This document shows, one piece after another, positions 18,840-27,631 of a stretch of DNA of 64,000 nt. Position numbers and translations under genes: made by a program. The stretch comes from Candidatus Omnitrophota bacterium (lineage in GTDB: Bacteria > Omnitrophota > Gorgyraeia > Gygaellales > Profunditerraquicolaceae), in assembly GCA_041650835.1 (NCBI GenBank), contig JBAZKL010000004.1:102900-166899 (forward strand). Reading direction: 5' to 3'. The stretch's first letter is position 1. Every line of letters begins with the position of its first letter. Under the pieces are notes generated by a model. That model was not told the origin of the DNA, ran no database searches, and was given only the letters and a program-made list of their open reading frames with translations.

Positions 18840-19079
18840 GATTTCCCTGTCCCTTTACGCTTAAATAATGAATTTCATTATACTACGCCCCTTTAAAAAT
18901 TGTAAATAATTTTGTGGCTCTCCTATCCGGTTATCCACCCCCAGAGGGAAGGCTTACGGGGTACCCGCGGGTGCGGATAACTGATTTTATTTTATAAAGA
19001 TTCTCTCAAAAAAGACGATAAGTATAGTATGGCGCCGATATTGATATTTTAAAAAAGGCTACACTTAAAAGGAGACCGC

Positions 19080-19796
19080 ATGCTGGATAAAACACTCGAT
19101 CTTTCTTTGGATAATTTCAAGCAAGAAGGCCTTTACCTTATATTCCCCGATTCAACGCGCGTTGAATTAACCGGAAGCAATATTCAATCGATAACAAAGC
19201 AATATTGGGACAACCCGCAAGCAATACCTGAACGCACCAAGGAAGCTATTGATTTCCAAAGATGTTCATTCTGCCCGCTTAAGAACCAGTTCGACCTATG
19301 CGATGCCCTGCGCCCCGTATTACCGCTGTTAAACGAGGTAGACAAATACGCTTCATTTGAAAAAGTTACCGCGGTTTATAGAGGAACGGATGTGAGCCTG
19401 TACCATATCGCCGACACCCCGATCCAGGAGGCCTTAAGATTTATTTCGATCTTAAGCCTGATGCAGTACTGCCAGATCGGGAGAAAATTCTGGCAATTTT
19501 ATTTCGACATCATCCCCCTGATGAGCGGTGAAGAAATAGCCAGAAGGATGTATTTAAACATTTACTGGCTGTGTAAAGGCGACCAGCAGGAAGTCGACAA
19601 AACGATCGCCTCATTTGAAGGGCGCATCAGGATAACGAGCACGAACCAGGTCAAAAGAATGAACTTGATTTGTAAAAAAGACGCCTTTATGAACGCCTTT
19701 GCCAACAGCCAGGCGATCATAATGCTTTTATCCATGTGCACCGACAAATCGCTTAATGAAGCATTTGAAGGATTTAAAACAAAAACACCCGTTTAA
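19080..19796 (+). CDS. Hypothetical protein
   Basis: 238-aa ORF with coding-like composition. No recognisable motifs. Confidence 0.4.
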   Translation: MLDKTLDLSLDNFKQEGLYLIFPDSTRVELTGSNIQSITKQYWDNPQAIPERTKEAIDFQRCSFCPLKNQFDLCDALRPVLPLLNEVDKYASFEKVTAVYRGTDVSLYHIADTPIQEALRFISILSLMQYCQIGRKFWQFYFDIIPLMSGEEIARRMYLNIYWLCKGDQQEVDKTIASFEGRIRITSTNQVKRMNLICKKDAFMNAFANSQAIIMLLSMCTDKSLNEAFEGFKTKTPV

Positions 19797-20031
19797 CCTT
19801 AACCTTCTTATAAATCACCGAACGCCGGTAACACCCGGCATACCTATAAGCTGGAGTGCTGCCGCAGCACCCCGCGCTAATAGGAAGTTGCGCGGGTACG
19901 CGGCTTTCTGCCCAGAAAGGGCGCACCCAGCATACCTATAAGCTGGAGTGCTGCCGCGGCCGATTAATTCTTGCATCCCTCTTGCCTGATGATACAATAA
20001 AAGAAAACGCGTATTTCTATGAGGTTTTTGA

Positions 20032-20268
20032 ATGGATACTGATATCAAAAGAGACCATGGAGAACAGCCGCTGGGTGAGATCATGGCTGAGTATAAACTT
20101 AAGCCGCATGACCTGGTGAGCAGCTCAACAGAACAGCTCTCGCATAAAATGATCGCGCGCGCCGCTAAAGGCAGGAGGCTTACCCCTCACATGCAATACA
20201 AAATCCTTCACGCGCTCAACAAAGCCACAAAAAAGAACTACTCACTCAGCGACCTTTTCAATTATTGA
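20032..20268 (+). CDS. Hypothetical small protein
   Basis: 78-aa ORF preceded by a purine-rich stretch. No recognised motif. Confidence 0.3.
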   Translation: MDTDIKRDHGEQPLGEIMAEYKLKPHDLVSSSTEQLSHKMIARAAKGRRLTPHMQYKILHALNKATKKNYSLSDLFNY

Positions 20269-20317
20269 GATAAAATAATTTCTAAAAAACGGCTGTTCAT
20301 GCAGCCGCTCTCTTCTT

Positions 20318-21067
20318 ATGGGCTTTCTTGTCGGGATCTTAGCGTTTTTGAGCGAATACCTCGATTCGGCTTTAGGGATGGGCTACGGCACGGCACTCGC
20401 CCCCCTACTCCTGCTCATCGGCCATGACCCGCTCGCGGTCATACCCGCTATTTTAATTTCCCAGCTGGCCACTGATATCGCCGCGTGCATTTTCCATCAT
20501 AACCTGCGTAATGTCGACTTACGCTTAGGCTCTGCCGACTTCAAAGTAGCGCTTCCCCTTGCCCTCTGCAGTTGTGTAGGAGTGGTCATCGCGGCTTTAG
20601 TCGCCTTGCGCATCCCGAGATGGTTCTTAACGCTCTATATCGGTATTTTAATAATAAGCATGGGTATCCTTATCCTCTTCACGGCAAACAAAACCATCCG
20701 TTTTTCCCGGTTTAAAATACTCGGCATCAGCCTTCTTGCCTCTTTCAACAAAGGGGTATCCGGCGGCGGATACGGGCCGCTCTTAATGGGCGGACAGGTC
20801 CTTTCCGGAGTAAGCGCGAAGAACGCTGTCGGGATAACCGCGTTTGCCGAAGCGCTTACCTGCCTCGCGGGGTTCCTTGTTTATCTCATTATGGGAAAAA
20901 CGGTCGATTGGAGATTGACCGGGCTCTTAACGATCAGCGCGAGCTTCGCGGTCCCGGTCGCCGCCCTGACCGTCAAGGCCCTTTCGATCGAGCGCTTGCG
21001 TAAGTATATCGGCATACTTATAACGATACTCGGAGCTTTAACGCTCCTCAAAATTACCTCAAAATGA
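20318..21067 (+). CDS. TauE/SafE-family sulfite/anion exporter membrane protein
   Basis: About 8 TM helices. Gly-rich VSGGGYGPLLMGG signature. 249 aa. Confidence 0.6.
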   Translation: MGFLVGILAFLSEYLDSALGMGYGTALAPLLLLIGHDPLAVIPAILISQLATDIAACIFHHNLRNVDLRLGSADFKVALPLALCSCVGVVIAALVALRIPRWFLTLYIGILIISMGILILFTANKTIRFSRFKILGISLLASFNKGVSGGGYGPLLMGGQVLSGVSAKNAVGITAFAEALTCLAGFLVYLIMGKTVDWRLTGLLTISASFAVPVAALTVKALSIERLRKYIGILITILGALTLLKITSK

Positions 21068-21765
21068 TAAAACAAATACAGTCTCAACTAAGAAAAGCAA
21101 GCAGCAGGGAAACAAAGGAGGTATTACAGCGTTTCTTTAAGACGGGAAAAGGCGAATACGGCGAAGGGGATATTTTTATCGGGGTAAAGGTTCCCCGGAT
21201 AAGAAAAGTTGCCCGTCAATTCCGGTCTGCCGTTTTTGATGATACCACCCGGTTATTACGGTCTCCCATCCACGAAGAACGCTTAACCGCCCTGTTTATC
21301 CTGATAGATCAATTCTCAAATGCCAAGCCTGACGGGAAGAAAAAGATCTATGGGCTCTATTTGGAACATACTTCTTTTATCAACAACTGGGACCTGGTGG
21401 ACCTCTCCGCGCACCATATCGTCGGAGCTTTCTTAGACGGTAAGGATAAAAGTATCCTGCGGAAGCTGGCAGTGTCAAAGCTGCTCTGGGACAGGCGCAT
21501 CGCGATATTAGCTACTTTTTATTTCATCAAACATAACCAATTCCGGGACGCTCTCTACCTTGCGAAAACTCTGCTTACGGACAAAGAAGATCTGATACAT
21601 AAAGCCGTCGGATGGATGCTGCGGGAAGTAGGGAAACGCGACCTCGCTGCGGAAGAAAGCTTCTTAAAGAAGCATTACCGGAAAATGCCCCGCACCATGC
21701 TGCGTTACGCTATCGAACGCTTTCCGGAGAAAAAACGGCAGGCGTATTTGAAAGGAACTGTTTAA
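21064..21765 (+). CDS. DNA alkylation repair enzyme (AlkD/AlkC-like HEAT-repeat glycosylase family)
   Basis: 233 aa with helical-repeat architecture and WDLVDLSAHHIVG and GWMLREVGKRD segments typical of the family. Shares a 4-bp start/stop overlap with the upstream gene. Confidence 0.5.
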   Translation: MIKQIQSQLRKASSRETKEVLQRFFKTGKGEYGEGDIFIGVKVPRIRKVARQFRSAVFDDTTRLLRSPIHEERLTALFILIDQFSNAKPDGKKKIYGLYLEHTSFINNWDLVDLSAHHIVGAFLDGKDKSILRKLAVSKLLWDRRIAILATFYFIKHNQFRDALYLAKTLLTDKEDLIHKAVGWMLREVGKRDLAAEESFLKKHYRKMPRTMLRYAIERFPEKKRQAYLKGTV

Positions 21766-22058
21766 ATACCCTCAATGATAAAGTTTAAAGACTAAATATC
21801 AAAGAAAAATTAAAGGTTAAAGAATAAATCTTTAAATTACACCTTAAATCTTTGAACTTCCTTTACTATTTAGCCTTTATCCTTTAAACTTAACTTATCC
21901 TATCTTTTAACCCAACGACTTCACCCAACTACTAAACTTACTGCCTAACCCTTACCTTAACCTATTTGCTATTTATCCGAACAGAGAACATTAGCTCTTG
22001 CATCGATCCCCGATTTAGAATACAATATTTTAATTAAAGCAGCGGGAAGGAAAAAGGA

Positions 22059-22472
22059 ATGAAGAGTATCCTCAAATTAATTATCGCGCTTATCGCGCTC
22101 ATTACCGCCGGATGCGTCTCTGGAAATTTCAATTTCTCGGGGATGCTGAACTTAAAAAGGCTGAGTGCCGAACAAAAACAGACAAAGCTTTACGTGAAGA
22201 ACCAGGAAAAGTTATTTAGCCGTTTATGGAATGACATTGAAAAGGGTAAGCTTCAGGTAGGCAGCTCCCGGGAAGAAATAACCGCTCACTACGGCACCCC
22301 CAGCGCTATCACGCAAGAAAGCGATCACGAAGATTCAAAGACGATACTCTATTACCGTTGCCCGACACAGCTCATTCCCGCCCAGGAAGTCCGCCTTTAT
22401 TTCAACCAAGAACAACGATTGTCCGACTGGCACGATAACCGTAAGGATATCGCGCAAATGCTTTTGTATTAA
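22059..22472 (+). CDS. Lipoprotein, function unknown
   Basis: Signal peptide with lipobox LITAGC. Confidence 0.45.
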   Translation: MKSILKLIIALIALITAGCVSGNFNFSGMLNLKRLSAEQKQTKLYVKNQEKLFSRLWNDIEKGKLQVGSSREEITAHYGTPSAITQESDHEDSKTILYYRCPTQLIPAQEVRLYFNQEQRLSDWHDNRKDIAQMLLY

Positions 22473-22477
22473 AAAGC

Positions 22478-24403
22478 TTACATCAACTTTTCTTTCAAAG
22501 CCTTGATCTGGCTATCTATCTCCACGACCCTTTTCTCTATTTCTTTTAAGCGCCGGCCGTATTCTTTGACCGTGAATTCATCCCTGAATATTTTGGTATC
22601 GGACATTGCCCGCACCTTGGCGTAACTTTCGGTCTGCAGCGACTCTTTTTCCTGGTTCAATTTATTGACCTGGTTATGGATGCTGAAATTGTGGTTCTTC
22701 TGCTTTTTTTCTTCATCGCGGTGGCGTTTTTCTTCAAGCTTGCGTTTTTCCTTCTCGTCGTCAAGCTTTGACTGGCGGGAGTCGGTAAACTGCCGCGACT
22801 GCGACTTCTCTAACCGCGCCCCTTCCGAGCGCTTTTCCAAATAATAATCGAAATTACCCGCGAATTTCCTGATCGTTGCGTCTTTGACCTCAAAGACCTT
22901 GTTAGCGACCGAACGCACAAAATAAATATCGTGGCTGATGAATACCAGCGTCCCCTGGTAATCCCGTAACGCCCGCACGAGCGCCTCCACCGCGTCCACA
23001 TCTAAATGCGTAGTCGGTTCGTCAAGCAGGAGGAAATTCGGCGGATTGATCAGGAGCTTCGCCAGGATAAGGCGGCTCTTCTCACCGCCCGAAAGCACCT
23101 TCACCTTCTTGTCGGAATCATCTCCCGTGAACAAAAACGCGCCCAAAATGGTCCTCACGGTCGTCTCAGGCATAAAACCGGGGGCCGCGGAATACGCTTC
23201 CTGCAAAACCGTATTTTCCGGATGCAGGACATCCATACGCGTCTGGGAAAAATAGCCGATATCGACATGATGGCCAACGATCCGGTTGCCGCTGTCGATC
23301 GGGACAACGCCGGCCAGTATTTTCAATAAGGTGGATTTCCCCGCGCCGTTCTCTCCCGCTAAAACCGCTTTCTCATTCTGGATGATCTCGAAATCAAGGC
23401 CTTTATATACCCCGATCTCCCCGTATGACTTATCTATTTTCTCAAGCGCTATCACGCGGTAACCGCTGCGTTTGGTTTCAGGGAAATGAAAATCGCCGAT
23501 ACTTTCCCGCGGGTCGGGCGGAACGACGATATCATCCATCTTTTCCAACTGCGTGCGTTTGGCGCGCACTGAAGCGGCTTTATTGGGTTGGGCGTGAAAG
23601 CGGGCGACAAAATCCTCTAACTGCTCGCGCTTCTTTTCCTGCTCTTTGAACTGTTTAAGCAGGAACTTGCGCTTTTCATCCTTGATCTGTTCATAATGTT
23701 CATAGTTCCCCTGCACCTTAAAGATCGCTCCGTGCTCCAGGATCAGCGTGTAATTGGTAACATCGTTCAAGAAAGCCTTATCGTGGGAGATCATGATAAA
23801 CGTCCCGTCGAAAGAAGACAGGTAATCCTTAAGCCACAATGCGGCGTTTAAATCCAGATAATTGGTAGGCTCATCCAGCAGCAAAAGGTCATACTGGCAG
23901 GTCAAGAGCTTTGCCAATAAGGTGCGCATCTGCCATCCGCCGCTCATCTGAGTTATCGGGCGGTTGAAATCCCGTTCTTTAAAACCCAACCCCATCAGGA
24001 TCTTTTCAGCCTTATGTTCTACTTCGAAATACTCGAGCACTTCCAGGTTATGGAGGACTTCCCCGTAACGCTGAGAGCCTGCCTCATTCTTTTCTTCAAG
24101 CTCCTCTTTTTCTTTTTTAAAACGCATGATCCGTTCATCGCCTTCCACTAATTCCGTCAGCACCGTCCGCTGCGATTCAAAATGCGCCTCCTGAGGAAGG
24201 TAACCGATATGGATATTCTTTAAGACCTTGACTTCCCCGGAAGACGGCTCTCCCTCGCCCCGGATCAAAGAAAACAACGTGCTCTTACCGGTCCCGTTAG
24301 GGCCGATCAAGCCGATCTTTTCATTGCGGTTGATACTTAAAGAGATGCCCTCAAAAAGTACTTTTTTCCCGTAATTCTTTGAAAGATTAGTTATCGATAT
24401 CAT
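22478..24403 (-). CDS. ABC-F family ATPase (Uup/YheS/EttA-like, two ABC domains, no TMD)
   Basis: Two Walker A motifs (GPNGTGKST, GENGAGKST), two LSGG signatures, and a charged coiled-coil C-terminal extension. Confidence 0.85.
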   Translation of the reverse strand: MISITNLSKNYGKKVLFEGISLSINRNEKIGLIGPNGTGKSTLFSLIRGEGEPSSGEVKVLKNIHIGYLPQEAHFESQRTVLTELVEGDERIMRFKKEKEELEEKNEAGSQRYGEVLHNLEVLEYFEVEHKAEKILMGLGFKERDFNRPITQMSGGWQMRTLLAKLLTCQYDLLLLDEPTNYLDLNAALWLKDYLSSFDGTFIMISHDKAFLNDVTNYTLILEHGAIFKVQGNYEHYEQIKDEKRKFLLKQFKEQEKKREQLEDFVARFHAQPNKAASVRAKRTQLEKMDDIVVPPDPRESIGDFHFPETKRSGYRVIALEKIDKSYGEIGVYKGLDFEIIQNEKAVLAGENGAGKSTLLKILAGVVPIDSGNRIVGHHVDIGYFSQTRMDVLHPENTVLQEAYSAAPGFMPETTVRTILGAFLFTGDDSDKKVKVLSGGEKSRLILAKLLINPPNFLLLDEPTTHLDVDAVEALVRALRDYQGTLVFISHDIYFVRSVANKVFEVKDATIRKFAGNFDYYLEKRSEGARLEKSQSRQFTDSRQSKLDDEKEKRKLEEKRHRDEEKKQKNHNFSIHNQVNKLNQEKESLQTESYAKVRAMSDTKIFRDEFTVKEYGRRLKEIEKRVVEIDSQIKALKEKLM

Positions 24404-24407
24404 TGGT

Positions 24408-25010
24408 TTATGAGATTTCTCGGCGGGCTTCTAAAGCCATGGACAACGTAGCGGCATCCGCGAATTCCAGGTTTGAGCCGACCGGAAGGCCCAGCCCGAT
24501 GCGGCTAAGCCGCACCCCAAGCGGTTTGATCAACTTCGACAGATACATGGCAGTTGCTTCGCCGTCAGTATCTGAATCCGTGGCAAGTATAACTTCCTGT
24601 ATATGCTCCTGTTTTATCCGTTCCAGCAGGCTATCGATCTTGAGGTCGGTCGGGCCCTTGCCTTCCAGAGGCGCAATCGCTCCCAGGAGCACATGATAAA
24701 CACCGTGGAAGCTCCCCGTCTTCTCAATGACCGTTACATCATTGGGTTTCTCGACCACGCACAAAATCCCTTTATTTCTGTTAGGGTTACGGCAGACCGA
24801 ACACTCATCCTGTTCGCTTAAATTATGGCAGATACGGCAGAACCTGACATTTTCTTTAACCTTAACCATCGCCTCAGCCAGGCCCTTGATCTCATCGGGA
24901 GTAACATTGAGGATATAGGTGACAATACGCTCCGCGCTTCTCCTGCCCAAACCGGGCAATTTGATCAAACGATCAATAAGTTTCTCTATCGATTCCGTAT
25001 AATTTGCCAT
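24408..25010 (-). CDS. recR: Recombination protein RecR
   Basis: HhH segment LIKLPGLGRRSAERI, C4 zinc finger CRICHNLSEQDECSVC and a Toprim-like domain. 200 aa. Confidence 0.9.
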   Translation of the reverse strand: MANYTESIEKLIDRLIKLPGLGRRSAERIVTYILNVTPDEIKGLAEAMVKVKENVRFCRICHNLSEQDECSVCRNPNRNKGILCVVEKPNDVTVIEKTGSFHGVYHVLLGAIAPLEGKGPTDLKIDSLLERIKQEHIQEVILATDSDTDGEATAMYLSKLIKPLGVRLSRIGLGLPVGSNLEFADAATLSMALEARREIS

Positions 25011-26672
25011 TTAAAAGTTCTCTTTCACGATCCTGCCCTGGAACATATCTATCGCTGAACGGACAATAGGGTTCTCCATGCTATTATGCTCCTGCTTCTG
25101 CTCATCAGAGAGGACAAAATAAACCTTTAAAGCGGTATTAAATACTTGAGAAAAATTCTTCTCGATAAGCATCTTGTTTTCTTTCTTTTCCAAAACTTCC
25201 TTATTCAGCGAACAATTCTTAGGCAGGCTTATGGTTAAAAGGTTTTGCTGCATCTTGACCGCGGCACCTTCATTTAAATACGTCGCTACCGACATCTTAG
25301 TTTCGCCTAAACCGCTGATGATACGCTGCCACCCCTCTTTTATATGCTCCAGGGAAACAGCCGCTACTGCCGATGCTTGAGGCGGCTCTGGTTTAGGCTC
25401 TTCCACCCGCTTTAATTCTTCCGCTGGTTTTGCTTCTTCGGCGGGTTTTATTTCCCGGGCCGGGACAACTTTCTGCCGGGGCACAGGCGCCTGCTTTTGC
25501 TCGGGAGTTTTTGCCGATACAGGCGGATTATACGGCCGGGGCTCACTTCGCGCTTCCGGCGCGGGAGCCGTCTCGACGGAAGAGACCGGCTTATTCGCCA
25601 GCCTCACTAAACTTACCTCAAGCGGGATACGCATTGAATCAAGCCGTTTAGCCATTTCCTGAGTATTCACCAGTATCGTAAAAGCGTTAAATATTTCTTC
25701 AAGCCGTAAAGACCGGGATTGCTGCAATAACCGCTGACAGAGTTCCTCCGGAAGGTCAATAAGTTCAGCGTCAGCCTGGGCGACTTTAGCCACCATAAGG
25801 TTACGGAAATGCTCGATAAAATTAGTCAGGAAGATACCGGTATCTTTCCCCTCATCGATGATCTCGTTTAATAAGCGCAACGCGGCTTGAGCGTCCTTCT
25901 TGATAATATGCTCCGTCATGGCAAAGAAAATATCCTGCTCCACCAGCCCCAGCATCGAAGTAACATCATCCAGGGAAACTTTATCCTTGGCGAATGATAT
26001 TAACTGGTCAAGGATCGATTCAGCGTCGCGCAAAGAGCCGTCGCTGCTTTTAGCGATGGCGAATAATACATTCTTGTCGACACTCACCCCTTCTGCCGCG
26101 ACGATCTTCTCAAGCTGCGCGATGACCTCTATCACCGATACCCTGCGGAAATCAAGGCGCTGGCAGCGGGAAAGGATGGTCGGCATGACCTTATGCGGAT
26201 GGGTCGTGGCGAAAATAAATTTAACGAACGGCGGAGGCTCTTCCAGGGTCTTTAGTAACGCGTTAAAGCCCTCAGCGGTGATCTGGTGGACCTCGTCAAT
26301 TATATAGACCTTGAATTTACCCTGGGTAGGAGAAAACTTTATATTTTCCCGAAGCGCGCGTATCTCATCGATCCCGCGGTTGGAAGCGCCGTCGATCTCC
26401 ATGACATCAAGGCTTTGGCCCCGGGCGATCTCAAGGCAAGATGAGCATTTCCCGCACGGGCTATCCGTCGGGCCTTCTTTACAATTGAGCGCCTTTGCCA
26501 GGATCCGTGCGGTCGATGTTTTACCGACACCTCGCGGGCCGGCAAAAAGGTAAGCGTGGGCAAGCCTCTTCTTCTGGATCGCGTTCTTTAAAGTCGTGAC
26601 GACATGATTCTGGCCGATGATCTCATCAAAACCTTGCGGCCGCCATTTTAACGCAAATACGACATAAGCCAT
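25011..26672 (-). CDS. dnaX: DNA polymerase III subunit gamma/tau
   Basis: AAA+ Walker A GPRGVGKTS, zinc module CGKCSSC, SRC motif and a Pro/Lys-rich linker. Confidence 0.9.
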   Translation of the reverse strand: MAYVVFALKWRPQGFDEIIGQNHVVTTLKNAIQKKRLAHAYLFAGPRGVGKTSTARILAKALNCKEGPTDSPCGKCSSCLEIARGQSLDVMEIDGASNRGIDEIRALRENIKFSPTQGKFKVYIIDEVHQITAEGFNALLKTLEEPPPFVKFIFATTHPHKVMPTILSRCQRLDFRRVSVIEVIAQLEKIVAAEGVSVDKNVLFAIAKSSDGSLRDAESILDQLISFAKDKVSLDDVTSMLGLVEQDIFFAMTEHIIKKDAQAALRLLNEIIDEGKDTGIFLTNFIEHFRNLMVAKVAQADAELIDLPEELCQRLLQQSRSLRLEEIFNAFTILVNTQEMAKRLDSMRIPLEVSLVRLANKPVSSVETAPAPEARSEPRPYNPPVSAKTPEQKQAPVPRQKVVPAREIKPAEEAKPAEELKRVEEPKPEPPQASAVAAVSLEHIKEGWQRIISGLGETKMSVATYLNEGAAVKMQQNLLTISLPKNCSLNKEVLEKKENKMLIEKNFSQVFNTALKVYFVLSDEQKQEHNSMENPIVRSAIDMFQGRIVKENF

Positions 26673-26859
26673 TTTCTAGATAAGTGTTTGAAGAACGTTC
26701 AAGGATTCAGGAAAGGTGAAAACAATTACTCCCCGACGCATATTGCCGGACAATATAAGGAATTTAAAGCTCTCCTACCCCCCCGTTATAACGGTTTTAT
26801 TATAGCAGAAATTTTGAAAAAATACAGCAGAATTGCGAAGCAGGCTTTTTAGATGCTCG

Positions 26860-27060
26860 CCCCGTTAGAAACGCTGTTTCTAACGGGGCAGGCGGGCATG
26901 ACAAGAAGAGCGTCATTCCCGGTCTCTTAGATAGCTATAAGCGGGAATCTATGCTTTTAGATGCCCGCTTAGAGCCGAGTGAACATGCGGGCATGACACG
27001 TGAAGCACTACCCGTTTAGAGCCATGTAAGCTATACCCAATACGTCATCCCCGCATGCTT
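26860..27060. repeat. REP-like intergenic hairpin repeat cluster (gcccgc-ttagagccgagt-N-gcgggcatgaca units)
   Basis: Related copies at 31262-31400 and 32690-32730. Multiple inverted repeats. Confidence 0.6.
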
Positions 27061-27113
27061 TAAGCGGGGATCTAAACATCTAACTCTCCAATTGGCCTTG
27101 TCCCTTGGCCCCC

Positions 27114-27524
27114 TTATTCCGTCCCAAACCATTCTGAACTCAACTTATTCTCTTTTAAGAATTGAAAAAGCGCGTCAATTTTCGGCGGTTTCGTCAAATA
27201 ATGAACGCTGTTGATAGTATAGATCGTCACCCAGCCGGTATGATACTGTTTCCCGCCCATGATCCGCTTCTCTTTTAATATTGTTTTAGCCTCTGCCCAA
27301 TCAATTATTGAAAGGTTTTTCATGATAAAGAAGGCTTTTTGAGTGCCCCAGGAATCAGTCATCGCGCGGTCTAAATTATTACTTTGAGTAGTCAAAGGGA
27401 GCGAGGGTTTCGATTGCTCAGCTTCAGGCGCCTGTTTATCTGAGTCCTCAACAAGCTCGGCAGCCAAAGCAGGCATGCTCAGCATGAAAAAAACAACTAC
27501 CGCTGCTAACAATATCTTTTTCAT
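27114..27524 (-). CDS. Secreted hypothetical protein
   Basis: Start chosen at MKKILLAAVVVFF (AGGAGA 6 nt upstream) rather than the ORF-track start at 27569. Signal peptide present. Confidence 0.45.
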   Translation of the reverse strand: MKKILLAAVVVFFMLSMPALAAELVEDSDKQAPEAEQSKPSLPLTTQSNNLDRAMTDSWGTQKAFFIMKNLSIIDWAEAKTILKEKRIMGGKQYHTGWVTIYTINSVHYLTKPPKIDALFQFLKENKLSSEWFGTE

Positions 27525-27560
27525 ATTTTCTCCTCTTAAAGACGGCTCTTGAAATAAAAC

Positions 27561-27593
27561 CATCCACAACCGTAGCCCGTGCTTAAACCCGGG
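27561..27593. repeat. 35-bp conserved intergenic element, copy 1 (catccacaaccgtagcccgtgcttaaacccggg)
   Basis: Near-identical copies at 31225-31258 and 57383-57416. Each lies just 5' of a minus-strand gene. Confidence 0.6.
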
Positions 27594-27631
27594 CCCTCAC
27601 TCCCGAAACCGGTAACACATTACATTCCCCG

